64,000 nt of DNA from Octopus vulgaris (Eukaryota). A model generated the notes under the pieces. That model worked only from the letters and a program-made list of their open reading frames with translations, was not told the origin of the DNA and made no database searches. Positions 37,522-51,081 of this stretch are shown here, one piece after another. The position numbers and the translations under genes were made by a program. Numbering within the stretch: the first letter of the stretch is position 1; each line of letters begins with the position of its first letter. The stretch is from contig OX597839.1 in assembly GCA_951406725.2 (NCBI GenBank), forward strand, positions 10,230,001 through 10,294,000. Direction: 5' to 3'.

Positions 37522-37824
37522 GTTAGGGTTAGGGGTGAGGGAAGGGTATCTTTTTTTCTTCACAAATATAAATAAACCCAATCTGTTTCTTAAACGAGGG
37601 ACATATTCATACGGCACAGAATGCTTTCACCTCAGTCAGTGATTGGTTAAAATTGCCGAAATGCAAGAAATTAAAGACGAAATATGTTATAAAATACAGA
37701 ATTTTCTCAATAAAGCCAAGAGAAAAAGATGTTTTATAAACACATTCTACCAGTATACGAAGTTTAAAATTTTTTAGTTACCTAGAAATTATGTTAAAAA
37801 CTGCCGTTCAAACCGAAAAGATCC
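37521..37824 (-). mobile_element. GGATC-TIR MITE, truncated at its (TTAGGG) block
   Basis: Only one TIR (aaaactgccgttcaaaccgaaaagatcc) is present. Confidence 0.8.
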
Positions 37825-37854
37825 ATATATATGTGTGTGTGTGTATCTTTATGC

Positions 37855-38017
<163 letters not shown>

Positions 38018-38585
38018 TGTGTGTGTAACCAAAACGGATATAAATGTATATAACAAGGAAATATGTGTCAGTTTCGATATCAGTCTGTCTGTGTTGCACT
38101 ATTTGACCTCTGTGACTTCAGCGATTGTCATCTACTCTTGACACGCCGACTTGTGCATATGAGTGCACATGTCAGCCCTTTATGAGTCGACAGGTGCATC
38201 TATCGTTGCACTCAGTAAATGCACCTAACATTGAAATGCAAATGCGCTTCTACTGTACCACGCACCACTTAATATCTTGTGGTTATTATTTAACCACAGG
38301 TTAGACTTGTTTGAGCCGCCCTATGTCCGCTCAAAGGCATCCTCAGTGTTAGAGTCTACGTTTCCAGTATGTCCTTCACATTTTGAAGGTGGTAGATTTT
38401 GGCTTGTCTGTCTAGCAGCGAGAGGTACAACCTATAAATTTCGTCATGGGTGTAAGTTATCTATTCTGTACACATGTAAACAAATAAATGCACACACACA
38501 CATATACACGCATATGCACATATAAGACAAGGATTCACACATCCGCTTCCCCACACACAAATGCATATCCATATATATGTGTGTG

Positions 38586-38652
<67 letters not shown>

Positions 38653-38655
<3 letters not shown>

Positions 38656-38846
38656 GCAACACCTCGAAACTAGTCTGTGGATGCCAGACCAGCAAGGGGA
38701 AGCTGCTGACCTCCTCTGTTTGAAGGTTATAATGGACACAGGTTTGTGTGTCACATAGCTAGCTAGAGGCGATGGCTCTTGGAGCTAATCAACGGCAGCA
38801 TTCGTCCTATTTATCTGGACTGCCATGTTAGCTTGGCGATAACTAT

Positions 38847-38849
<3 letters not shown>
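38653..38849 (+). mobile_element. 5'-truncated, diverged relative of the 353-bp HHR unit, inserted in (TA)n
   Basis: GAGG-CAACA-CCTC-GAAAC-TA-GTC (HHR 3' half) followed by segments colinear with 51668-51852. Confidence 0.7.
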
Positions 38850-38900
<51 letters not shown>

Positions 38901-39312
38901 TATATATACACACACACAATCTTTTATTTAATACACAAAGCAAACAATTGAAATATAAGCGATTGGTAGAACTACATACTTTAGCATTTAGTTGACATTC
39001 CCTTTGCAGTTTTTTTAAAATTCAGAAACTCTTTTACGTGTGTACAGAATAGATAAACAGAGACACAAAGACACACGGCGGGTTTCTTTCAGTTTCCGTC
39101 AGCCAAATCCATTCACAAGGCTTTGATCGACTCGAAGCTACAGAAGACACTTGCTCAAGGTGTCATGCAATGGGACTGAACCCAGAACCATGTGGTTAGG
39201 AAGCATAGACACGCACATATACACAACTTTATATAGCACAACAAGCATGTTTAGAACGAATGACTGGAACCTCTACGTGGTCGCTCGAGATGCTAGATAT
39301 AGTAGCCAGACT

Positions 39313-39739
39313 GGATCTTTTCGGTTTGAACGGCAGTTTTTAACAAAATTTCTAGGTAACTAAAACATTTTAAACTTCGTATACTGGTTGAATGTGTTTA
39401 TAAAACATATTTTTCTCTTGGCTTTATTGAGAAAATTCTATAGTTTGTAAGATATTTGTTGTTTTTTTTCTTCAATTTCTGCAATTTCAACCAATCAGTG
39501 ACGTCTATTGAGGTAAAAAACATTCTTTGCCGTATGAATATGTCCCTCGTTTAAGAAACAGATTGGGTTTATTTACATTTGTGAAGAAAAAAAGATACCC
39601 TTCCCCCCACCTCTAACCCTAACTAACCCTAACCCTAAAACAGATTGAAATGTAATAGATCGATACTAGGGTCAGAATTATGGGTGGCAATTTCATATGA
39701 CACCGTTAGAAAAAACTGCCGTTCAAACCGAAAAGATCC
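39313..39739 (+). mobile_element. GGATC-TIR MITE with an 8-bp TSD
   Basis: Both TIRs present. gccagact is duplicated at 39305-39312 and 39740-39747. Confidence 0.9.
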
Positions 39740-40335
39740 GCCAGACTTCCTTCAGACGGCATTGCCTCAGCAAGAACACCTCCGATGAATAAGATTGCTT
39801 GATCGAGATTGATCTCGGTGATCTCGGGCTAAAACAACAACCTCAACAGGTATACACACATACACATACATTTCTCAGTTCACAAACACATCAGTCAGCC
39901 AAAACTTATTCATATCAAAAACTGACTAATATAATGTGTAATTGCTATAGGCCTGGACCAAAAAATGCATGGAATGGTCACGGTTGGAACGACTTTTATC
40001 ATGGGTCTACCTGAGACGAAGCAACAGCTTCTTATACCCTGCCCACTTTTGTAAATCTGTTTACTCCCACTTCTGCATGTTTTCCTATTTATATATGTAT
40101 CTTGAAACACTAAAATATATGATCCGCCTACTTCCATGTATGATCCGCCTACTTTTGTACTCTCCAGCGATTTCATTTTTGGAGTTGGAAACACGCCTAC
40201 TTTTATATAAGCACGCCTCCATCACATTGTATTTTAATCTGCGTATTTTATTCATAACCACTTTTATAAAATCTATCACCTTGGCACATAGTCTCTCTCT
40301 CTCTTTCTCTCTCTCACACATACATATATATTTGA

Positions 40336-40366
<31 letters not shown>

Positions 40367-40444
40367 TATATAAATATATATGTATATATATTTGTATATA
40401 TATGTATGTATATGTATATATATATGTATATGTATATATGTATA

Positions 40445-40499
<55 letters not shown>

Positions 40500-40577
40500 A
40501 TGTGTGTAAGTTTGTAGATTTATAAATATGTATATACGTACGTATATATGTATGTGTATGCATATATATGTGTATAT

Positions 40578-40855
40578 ACTCTTTACTCTTTTACTTGTTT
40601 CAGTCATATAACTGCGGCCATGCTGGAGCACCGCCTTTAGTCGAGCAAATCGACCCCAGGACTTATTCTTTGTAAGCCTAGTACTTATTCTATCGGTCTC
40701 TTTTGCCGAACCGCTAAGTTACATGTACGTAAACAACATATACATATATACGACGGGCTTCTTTCAGTTTCCGTCTACCAAAAAATCCACTCACTAGGCT
40801 TTGGACGGCCCGAGGCTATAGTAGAAGACACTTGCTCAAGGTGTCACGCAGTGGG
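40578..40855 (-). mobile_element. SINE family A, internally deleted
   Basis: (CTCTTTTA)n tail plus family A body. Confidence 0.85.
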
Positions 40856-41164
40856 TATATGTATACTATAGAATTTAAATATATACATACATACATACAT
40901 ACACCCCCTCCACACACGCACACACGCACACACATATATTTATTAATATTTAGCAGGCGCAACAGAGTGACTCAAAGTGCGAGAGTTTCGTGCGTTGGCA
41001 CGGTAGCAAAAACACGAACTAAGTCACACTTGAAAAATGCCAACGAACGAAACTCTGGGACCTTGAGTCACTCTGATGCTTCTGCTAAATATTAATAAAA
41101 ATATATATACATGCTCATAATTTGAATTCTATTTTCCTGTTTGCATTACCAAATTCATATCTTC

Positions 41165-41244
<80 letters not shown>

Positions 41245-41245
41245 G

Positions 41246-41660
41246 TCTCTTACTCTTTTACTCTTTTACTTGTTTCAGTCATTTGACTGCGGCCATGCTG
41301 GAGCACCGCCTTTAATCGAGCAACTCGGCCCCGGGACTTATTCTTTTCTAAGCCCAGTACTTATTCTATCGGTCTCTTTTGCCGAACCGCTAAGTAACGG
41401 GGACGTAAACACACCAGCATCGGTTGTCAAGCAATGCTAGGGGACAAACACAGACACACAAACACACACACGCACATATATATATATATATATATACATA
41501 TATACGACGGGCTTCTTTCAGTTTCCGTCTACCAAATCCACTCACAAGGCTTTGGTCGGCCCGAGGCTATAGTAGAAGACACTTGCCCAAGGTTCCACGC
41601 AGTGGGACTGAACCCGGAATGATGTGGTTGGTAGACAAGCTACTTACCACACAGCCACTC
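41246..41660 (-). mobile_element. SINE family A, full length
   Basis: Complete head, core, internal microsatellite and (TAAAAGAG)n tail. Confidence 0.92.
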
Positions 41661-41833
41661 TTGTCTGTCTGTCTGTCTGTCTGTCTATCATCTATCTGTC
41701 TGTCTGTCTGTCCTTCTATATACATTAACATATATACACACACACATAAATGTGTGTTTGCGTATATGTATGAGCGTTGTTGTTTGTGAGTATGTGTGTG
41801 CATATACTTGTGTGTGTGTGTGTGTGTGTATGT

Positions 41834-41926
<93 letters not shown>

Positions 41927-42409
41927 TTGTCAGTATACGGGTGTGTGCGTACGAGCGTGGAAACTTGGACGATTCAGTTTAATTGAATTCTGTACAAATT
42001 TATAAATTCGCTTAATTGCATAACTCCGAAACTGAAACATTTAATCTGAAACGCAAAAGTGTAAAAAGTCTTCGCAATATATCGGTTAATTGCATATGCA
42101 ATTAAAAAATTCTTTTATTTTCGGTTAATTAAATGCAGCTTTGATTTTTATTAGTTCTGAGTAACCATAAATTTTCGAAATGTTGCTTAAAATTGGTTGA
42201 ATACCTCTGATATGGTATTGTATAGGAAGACAAGGTAAGGCCGTTAGTAGCGAGAGGTGAGGAAGGTAAAGGAAGAGGATGAAATTCTGTTACTGATAAG
42301 TTAAAAGAAGAACTAAAGAAAAGGTTTAAAAAAGTGTTTTTAGAATTTTTCTTTTCTCTTTTAAGAAATTTTTTAAAAAATCGCTGAAAGAAACAATTGC
42401 TTAAAGAAA

Positions 42410-42787
42410 ACTCTCTTTTACTTGTTTCAGTCATTTGACTGCGGCCATGCTGGAGCACCGCCTTTAGTCGAGCAAATCGACGCCGGGACTTATTCTTTGT
42501 AAGCCCAGTACTTATTCTATCGGTCTCTTTTGCCGAACCGCTAGGTGACGGGGACGTAAACACACCAGCATCGATTGTCAAGCAATGCTAGGGGGACAAA
42601 CACACACACACACACACACATATACATATATACGACAGGCTTCTTTCAGTTTCTGTCTACCAAATCCACTCACAAGGCATTGGTCGGCCTGGGGCTATAG
42701 CAGAAGACACTTGCCCAAGATGCCACGCAGTGGGACTGAACCCGGAACCATGTGGTTGGTTCGCAAGCTACTTACCACACAGCCACG
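42410..42787 (-). mobile_element. SINE family A, full length
   Basis: Same structure as 41246-41660. Confidence 0.92.
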
Positions 42788-42986
42788 AAGTTTTCTTTTT
42801 TTTTTTCAAGCATTACAAACTTCACAAATTTCAATGAACTCTCGAAGAAAATGTTTCTAGAACAGAACAATTCACAAAATCTCAAACATTCTCAAAGAAT
42901 CTCGAAAAATTCGGAGGCATGAAGTTTTAAAGTTTTGAAGGACAGATAGACAGACAGACAGATTGAGAGATAGATAGGTAGGTAGG

Positions 42987-43017
<31 letters not shown>

Positions 43018-43252
43018 GTAGGTAGAAAATTTTGGTCGGTCCAAAGCTTTGGTAGAAGACAGTTGTCCAAGGTGCCATGCAGTGAGACTGAACCCGGAAT
43101 GTAGTTGGGAAGCAAGCTTCTTACCACACAACCACGCCGGCACCTATAATTCTTAAAATGCATTATGTAACTAGATAGTTATAAATTACGAATCCTGATA
43201 TTTAATTAATTAACCAGAGATTTAAAATATGTTGATTAACTAAATAGTTATA

Positions 43253-43487
43253 TATTTCTTTATTACTCACAAGTGGCTAAACATAGAGAGGACAAACAAG
43301 GTCAGACAAACGGATTAAGTCGATTACATCGGCCCCAATGCGTAACTGGTACTTAATTTATCGACCCCGAAAGGATGAAAGGCAAAGTCGACCTCGGCGG
43401 AATTTGAACTCAGAACGTAACGGCAAACGAAATACGACTATGCATTTCGCCCGGTGTGCTAACGATTCTGCCAGCTCGCTGCCTTCT
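43253..43487 (-). mobile_element. SINE family B with a 16-bp TSD
   Basis: taactaaatagttata occurs on both flanks. Confidence 0.88.
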
Positions 43488-44963
43488 CATAACTAAATAG
43501 TTATAAATTAATTAACCAGGAAGTTTAATTAACAAGATAACTATAATTACATATTTCTTAGTGTGGTTGTAAAGCTAAGCCTGAACTGCTAAAATCAAAG
43601 ATTCAGTTTTTTTCAACCCATATACCACCCTTGTTCCTTTATACCCTTATACATTTACAATGCACCCCTAAGGTACTAAATACGTTCCCCGTCTGCCATC
43701 CCCCATTGACCCTTAGTGATGTACTCAATGGTACAACAACACGAGACATTATTTCGTATGGGAAATATGCGAACGATTTTCCCGCCACTGAAAGAATTTG
43801 ACACTTCACTGTGTTTTGTTTGCCTTGTATTTTGTCTCATGCTGGAAACTTTCAAATTTCTTCCAAAGAAGTCTCCTCTCTGATTGACTTCAATATAATT
43901 CTTTTCTCTCCTTTCTTCAAATTCAACGAAGTTTTGACGTTCAATATTCTTTTTTTGCCTTTTTTTTTTGTAATGTTGTAATTATTTTGTTGTTTTATAT
44001 TTTATTTTATTTTACTTCTTGTTGATGACCTTCGAGATATCTTTTAATAATCCACAAGTCTTTTGACGATATTATTAACAGCGAGGAATTCTTCCCTCCA
44101 GACAAATACATCACACACACACACACACGAACACAGTCGCACATGCACATACGTAAACTAAAACTCATTCACATATATACACGCGGACATACACACACAG
44201 GTATTCACAGCTTTATTCCCTTACACACACACACATACACACGCACATTGTTTTGGCACAATACTTACCAAGTTCTTCAGGTTTCTAATTTCCGTCAAAG
44301 AATTCTCGAAGATACAACTCCATTCCTTCGTGTTAATTCAATTCATATATAAAATAAAGCTCAGTTTTCAACGACAGATTTACAAATGAAAACCAAAACA
44401 AAACACACAAAAGAAAAAACTCCCCCCAAAAAAACACAGAAACAAAAATATCCCACCACGAAAACAAAATGTCCGCCGTTAAGTGGACGCGACGCTACTG
44501 ACGATGTTACTGGTAGAAATAGTAGTAGTGTTGGTGGTGGTGTCGGTGGTGGTGATGGTGGGGGGTTGATGCTGATGGTAGTGGTGGTGGTTGTGATGGG
44601 GGTAGTAGTGGTGGTGCGACGAAGAAAAAGAGAGAAAGAGAGGGTTGTAGGAAATAGGGGAAGATTTGTTTCGTTTCAGGAATGGTGACAAGGAAAAGAA
44701 GCAAAAGTGCTGTTTTTTTTTATTGTACAGAACTCACAGAACACAGAACAATACAACCACCCCCTCCCCACCAAAAGCAAAAAAAAAAACACATCCAAAA
44801 CCAAACAGAAAATAAACAAAAAAAATTCTTGTTTGTTTTCTTTACCGCCTAATGTTCTTCTTGTTTTTTCTTTATCACAGACAATCTGGCATCCAAAAAC
44901 GCTTCTATCTTAATTAATGCTAATCTGAAGTTAGAGTTTCTTCTTTTTTGGTCTCCCTCCGAA

Positions 44964-45067
44964 TTCTTCTTCTTCTTCTTCTTCTTCTTCTTCTTCTTCT
45001 TCTTCTTCTTCTTCTTCTTCTTCTTCTTCTTCTTCTTCTTCTTCTTCCTTCTTCTTCTTCTTCTTCC

Positions 45068-45098
<31 letters not shown>

Positions 45099-45325
45099 CT
45101 TCTTCTTCTTCTTCTTCTTCTTCTTCTTCTTCTTCTTCTTCTTCTTCATCCATTTCTTCTTCTTCTTCTTCTTCTTCTTCATCCATTTCTTCTTCTTCTT
45201 CTTCTTCTTCTTCTTCTTCTTCGCCTTCTTCCATTTCTTCTTCTTCTTCTTCTTCTTCTTCTTCTTCTTCTTCTTCGCCTTCTTCCATTTCTTCTTCTTC
45301 TTCTTCTTCTTCTTCTTCTTCTTCT
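44964..45325. repeat. (TTC)n array
   Basis: Seen directly. Source of the poly-E, poly-K and poly-R ORFs. Confidence 0.95.
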
Positions 45326-45361
45326 AGTAATACTCTTTGGCGTTGTGGCTGTAACTGTAGT

Positions 45362-45424
<63 letters not shown>

Positions 45425-46346
45425 GCACACACACACACTGTCAATACATCTCTGTCTCTCTTCGAGAGAGAACAATATGGCATGTGTGTCGTCCGTTTCT
45501 TGTCGGCAGGAACATCTACCGTAGCGGTCTTTTGTTCCTTACGTTATCTGATTGAAAGAATGCTAAAGAATGAAGTACGTGTGTATGTGTGTGTGTTAAT
45601 GTGGAGTTGTAAATGGTGATGGAGATGGGGGAGATAGAGGTGGCCTCTGGTGGAGGAAAGAGGGTAACAGAAAGATAAAGATAGTGAGAGAGGGGTGCAA
45701 GTTGTGCGCACGCCACACACACACACACCTCACATATGTGCACATACGTACACATATACATACAACCATATATATATATATATATATAAATTATTCTCTC
45801 ATATACGCGCGCACTCATATAGGCGCGTGCCTAATGGTTAGGAGGTCGCACTGTCGATCTTACGACCAAGGTTTCGATTCCTGGATCGAGCAGTGCTTTG
45901 TGTTCTTGAGCGAAACAGTTTATTTCACTCTGCTCTGGAGGGTAACTTTGGAAGTTTGGTAGCATACTTTCCCGAAGCATGTATAATATTCAGGAAATAT
46001 GGCAAACATATAATAATTACTGTTTAGCTTTTATCAAATGCCTTGGTGCTTGCACGAAACGATGAAATGAATATATATTTTCAAAAAAAAAAAAAAAATT
46101 ATTACCTTGAAATAAGATTTAATAAAACAAATTTCTTAATTACAAATGAAAAATTTTGTTTGATTAAATTGATTCGTCAAATTTATTTTCAAATGCTTGC
46201 CTCCCAACCTCATGGTTCCGGGATCAGACCCACTGCGTGGCACCTTGGGAAAGTGTATTATACTATTGCCTAGGACTGACTAAAGCCTTCTGAATGGATT
46301 GGGTAGACGAAAACTGAAAGATGTCCGTCGTATATATAGATGTCCG

Positions 46347-46540
46347 TCATAAACTAGGAAACAAATGGTAGTCTGAAGGAGCAAGGTTGGGAGGATAAGG
46401 TGGATGAGGAATTTTTTCCCAACCAAGCTCTTCCATCTTCTGTGATGTGATCTTTGGAGTGTGGGGTCGCGCATTTTCCTGATGAAACATCATTCCTTCT
46501 CGATTCACTAAAGCGGGTCTTTGTTTCTTCAAAACTAAAC
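46347..46540 (-). pseudogene. Mariner transposase catalytic-domain fragment
   Basis: RPALVNREGMMFHQENARPH...LGWEKIPHPPYPPNLAPSDYHLF, matching the HDNARPH and YSPDLAPSDY motifs in degenerate form. Confidence 0.88.
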
Positions 46541-47390
46541 AACATTACACAATTAAAAGTACAACCTATGCATAAGGAAAATGAGTGCACGATTACAGGA
46601 GGAAGAAGAAAGACGACCTCTAATAGTAACTTACGGAAAGAAAGGAAAAAAATATATCATGTGTAACTGCAGACGTAAAGAGGAATGCAGATTTAACAAC
46701 AAATGCATGATAAGGAACGTAGTGTTCAAATGTGAGGTGAAGACAGATACGCAAAAATACGTGTATATTGGTGGCACCTAGAGACACCATGAAAAATCAT
46801 CTGCGAAACCATCTCTCATAATTTTCGGATATAAATAAAAGACACTCAACATCTCTATCGAACCTCGTCTGGAGATTAAAACAGAATGGAGTGAAACATA
46901 CGACCAACTGGTCCATTATGAAAAATGCTGCACCATATAACGGAACATCACAGATATGAAACCTATGACTTGACGAAACCCTGGGAATTATCACAACCCC
47001 AGGGAAAACGTGATAAATAGGCACTCTGAGATGATCATATCATGTAAACATAGGAACAAAACATCATTCATGGAGTTTGAAAAACTATTTTAAAAACGAA
47101 ATAACGTATTATAGAAAAGCAAAGGACTCCAAACAAGTAAATAAGCCAACCAATATTTGAGATGCTATACACTATACAATGAAGAGGTCACCATCAGAAA
47201 GTAACATTTGTCAATTCATTCAACAAACCCCACTGTATAGCAGCAGTACTTGGCCACTTGTTCAGCTCAGAATTAATTGAAGATAGTCATGCCTTAAATG
47301 AAATCAAACAAAAGAGTGTACCTCTGTGTGAAAAGTCTGGCAGCATCCGAAAAAATATATATTATGAAACAAAAATAAACACAAAATTTA

Positions 47391-47591
47391 TTACACGAAT
47401 CTGTTACCACCACAACAGTCAACTATTTGACGCCGAACACGAGTTTGATGTTGAATACATCCACGAATTTTCCGCTGAGATAGCTCTTCCCAAGACTGCA
47501 AGACGGCTTCGTGCAATTCATGCCTCGTTGTAGGGTTTTTCAGTTCAACTTTATTGGCCAAAACTTTGAAAATGCCTTCATCTAATGGATT
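47391..47591 (-). pseudogene. Tc1-like transposase C-terminal fragment nested in the PLE 3' region
   Basis: Manual translation gives NPLDEGIFKVLANKVELKNPTTRHELHEAVLQSWEELSQRKIRGCIQHQTRVRRQIVDCCGGNRFV*, matching the Tc1 NPL(D/E)..W..GG pattern. Confidence 0.6.
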
Positions 47592-47905
47592 TCACGTGTA
47601 AACATGTATTGAATAGAACTCACTGAATAAATCTTAATTAACTGTGTTTTCAATTGTATGCACCTGTCATATGCTAACGTGTATGCAGCCAGACTTTTCA
47701 GACAGAGGATACTTTCCATCTTAATATCTGCTGAATGAATAGCAAAATATGTCCAACACCACCACACCTCCACCGCCAAATAACTACTCTCTCTTCCTCT
47801 AATCCCATTATCTTATACTCCTCCTTACCAAATACATAACTTGTTTGACCTTCAGACTAGTAAAAAAGGAAAAACATCCCTCGGTGGTTCATCCACTAAT
47901 GTTAT

Positions 47906-48039
47906 ATCGCCTGAAGAAATGAATCAGTGACGATGATCACGCGGATGCCCACGGATATTACGGACTACACTGTAATCATCTCAAAAATACGGAGTGTGAT
48001 CTTAAAAGTCATGTGACTTGTGGAAACGTGCGTAGCGAT
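47906..48039 (+). ncRNA. Hammerhead ribozyme motif with a long (about 105 nt) stem II region
   Basis: ATCGC-CTGAAGA-[...]-GAAAC-GTGC-GTA-GCGAT. Stem I can extend via taatg/catta. Confidence 0.65.
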
Positions 48040-48108
48040 GCATTATATGTTTATAAATTCCATCCTAGGATTATTGTTGTGTGTGTGTGTGTGTGAGAGA
48101 GAGAGTGT

Positions 48109-48164
<56 letters not shown>

Positions 48165-48244
48165 CTGTCTGTATACCTGTCTGTCTGTCTATCTATCTAT
48201 CTTTCTATTTATCTATTTATATATTATCATATATATGTGTATCC

Positions 48245-48280
<36 letters not shown>

Positions 48281-48318
48281 CTAGATATCTACCTATCTAT
48301 TCATATATATGCATATAC

Positions 48319-48354
<36 letters not shown>

Positions 48355-48740
48355 TTGAATACGTATGTATGTGCATATATATGTACATGTAAATACACAC
48401 ACAAACATGGAGACACACATGTATATATATATATGCTCACACACATATTCATGCATACATACACATATAGAAAAGGTGGGGTAGAGATGTATACACACAC
48501 GTGGGTATTATGTGCGTGATGATATGCATAACAATCTATGAATGTATGAAAGTCTGAGTATCGGTAATATAATTATATAACACACCCAACAGCAGGTCTG
48601 GTGTCAGCCACCCGACCTCACCACCCCTCCAGATCCCTAAGTGTACAACACCCAAATTACTTACTGACATCTCATGTCATCTCGCAGAGCAGCCTCGCGC
48701 GAAAACAAATTACTAAATTTACATAGACACACATATGCTT

Positions 48741-48860
<120 letters not shown>

Positions 48861-49141
48861 TATATGTATATATATATATGTATCTATATGTATGTATATA
48901 TATTATGTATATGTGTATGTATATATATGTATATATGTATATGTATATATATGTATATATGTATGTATATATATGCATATATGTATATGTATATATGTGT
49001 ATGTGTATATATATATATGTATATATATTATATGTATATTTATACATACACGTACTTAGGCGTACATAAACACATACATATATATGCTTTTATGTAAGTG
49101 CGCGAGTGTGTGTGTGTATGTATGTAATATAGATGTGTGTG

Positions 49142-49178
<37 letters not shown>

Positions 49179-49193
49179 GTGTGTGTACATATA

Positions 49194-49229
<36 letters not shown>

Positions 49230-49279
49230 TGTATGTATGTATGTATGTATGTATGTATGTATATAGTGGCTGTGTGCAT

Positions 49280-49675
49280 AGGCGCAAGAGTGGCTCGTGC
49301 GGTAAATAGCCTGCTTACCAACTACATGGTTTCGGGTTCAGTCCCACTGCGTGCCACCTTTGGCAAGTGTCTCTTTCTATAGCCTCGGGCCGACCAAAGC
49401 CTTGTGAGTAGGTTTGGTAGGCGGTAACTGAAAGAAGCCTGTCGTATATGTATGTGTATATGTGTGTGTGTGTGTGCCTGTGATTGTCCACCCACCATCG
49501 CTTGACAACCGATGTGGGTGCGTTTACGTCCCCATAACTTAGCGGTTCGGCATAAGATACCGATAGAATAAGTACTAGGCTTACAAAGATTTAGTCCTGG
49601 GTTCGATTTGTTCGTAAAGGCGGTGCTCCAGCATGGCCATAGTCAAATGACTGAAACAAAAGAATAAAAGAATAC
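49280..49675 (+). mobile_element. SINE family A, full length
   Basis: Head aggcgcaagagtggc...gggttcagtccc through tail gactgaaacaaaagaataaaag. Confidence 0.9.
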
Positions 49676-49720
49676 ACACACACACATATATATATGTATA
49701 TATATGTATATATATATACG

Positions 49721-49799
<79 letters not shown>

Positions 49800-49801
<2 letters not shown>

Positions 49802-50149
49802 CGGGAAGCTAAGCCTGAACTGCTAAAATCAAAGATTCAGTTTTTTTCAACCCATATACCACCCTTGTTCCTTTATACCCTTATACATTTACAATGCACC
49901 CCTAAGGTACTAAATGCGTTCCCCGTCTGCCATCCCCCATTGACAAAAGACGAAGGCAGGTTTACGGAAATAAACAAAAGACGAAGGCAGGTGGAATACA
50001 AACAAACAATTGTATTAGTATGGCGCTCAGGAATATAAATAAAACAAGTCTTTAACGTTTCGAGCCTACGCTCTTCAACAGAAAGATACACAAGAAGAAA
50101 CACAGAAAGAAGGAGAGAAAAAAATGCGTGCAGAGGCTAGCGAATCAAC

Positions 50150-50150
<1 letters not shown>
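49800..50150 (-). mobile_element. Minimal-HHR-like mini-element carrying a 139-bp captured copy of 43572-43710
   Basis: Reverse homolog of 10955-11123, with the insert at 49806-49944. Confidence 0.75.
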
Positions 50151-50219
<69 letters not shown>

Positions 50220-50434
50220 GGGGGACAACTGATGAAGGGAATGTTCTTTATGTTGCCTGTCTCGTTTCTCTGTTTCTTTCGTTGTTCGAAAAAAAGTTCG
50301 TTTTCTATGTTTTTGCTTTTTATGTTCTCCTTTCACATTTTGCCTACGTTTTTTGATGTCCTGTACCCACATATGCATGCATATATTTGTAGGTATGTAC
50401 ATATATGTTTGTGTATATGCATATATTTATATAT

Positions 50435-50499
<65 letters not shown>

Positions 50500-50667
50500 A
50501 TATTTCAATGGATGAATGAATTATCCTATGTTTACCATTAACATGGAAAATTTAATAAACCGTTACCAGGGTAGCAAAATTCACGTCAGAAACACGGTTG
50601 AAGCAACCTATCCAAAGGTAGAAACTCCGGGTTAATGTGCAGTGATTTGTGTGTTATAGATGAATAA

Positions 50668-50805
50668 ATAAATAAATGGAATTGAATGAGGATGTTAATA
50701 AAATTCTTTTACTTTCGACATATGTTTCGAAGACAGTTGTCTTCGAAACATATGTCGAAAGTAAAAGAATTTTATTAACATCTTCATTCAACTCCATTTA
50801 TTTAT
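50668..50805. repeat. Near-perfect 138-bp palindrome (2-nt spacer) carrying HHR 3' halves
   Basis: ...ctttcgacatatgtttcgaagaca-gt-tgtcttcgaaacatatgtcgaaag... Each arm has GAAAC-ATAT-GTC. It ends an element (about 50493-50815) bounded by (TA)n. Confidence 0.85.
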
Positions 50806-50811
50806 CTATTC

Positions 50812-50875
<64 letters not shown>

Positions 50876-51036
50876 CATATATTTGCCATTTCAATATGGC
50901 TAGCCCCTAAGGGTGGATGCTACTGTAGTTTTTAGCCCCAGGAGGACACACTCCTCCAGCTGGCCATAGACACACTATCTGTGTCCTGTCAGTATTTGCA
51001 AAGGGAAGTCATCCTTCCCGTCTTCAACTTATGATA

Positions 51037-51081
51037 CACACGGACTCGAGTTTCGAGGTATTGACCTCTCGTCAGCGTGTG
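51037..51081 (-). ncRNA. Type-I hammerhead ribozyme, canonical core
   Basis: CACACG-CTGACGA-GAGG-TCAATA-CCTC-GAAAC-TCGA-GTC-CGTGTG on the minus strand. Confidence 0.9.

Larger units (their letters stand above)
46560..48075 (+). mobile_element. Second, decayed Penelope-like element (GIY-YIG remnant, 3' region and HHR)
   Basis: CNCRRKEECRFNNKCMIRNVVFKCEV...YIGGT, then frameshifted STSLSNLVWRLK...WSIMKNAAPYNG and NRHSEMIISCKH, colinear with the 34624 ORF. HHR at 47906. Confidence 0.8.

Noticed and set aside
44920-45619. Poly-E, poly-K, poly-R and poly-S ORFs, and a possible promoter near 45480-45600
   Set aside because: The ORFs are a (TTC)n microsatellite, and no promoter element or linked exon could be supported.
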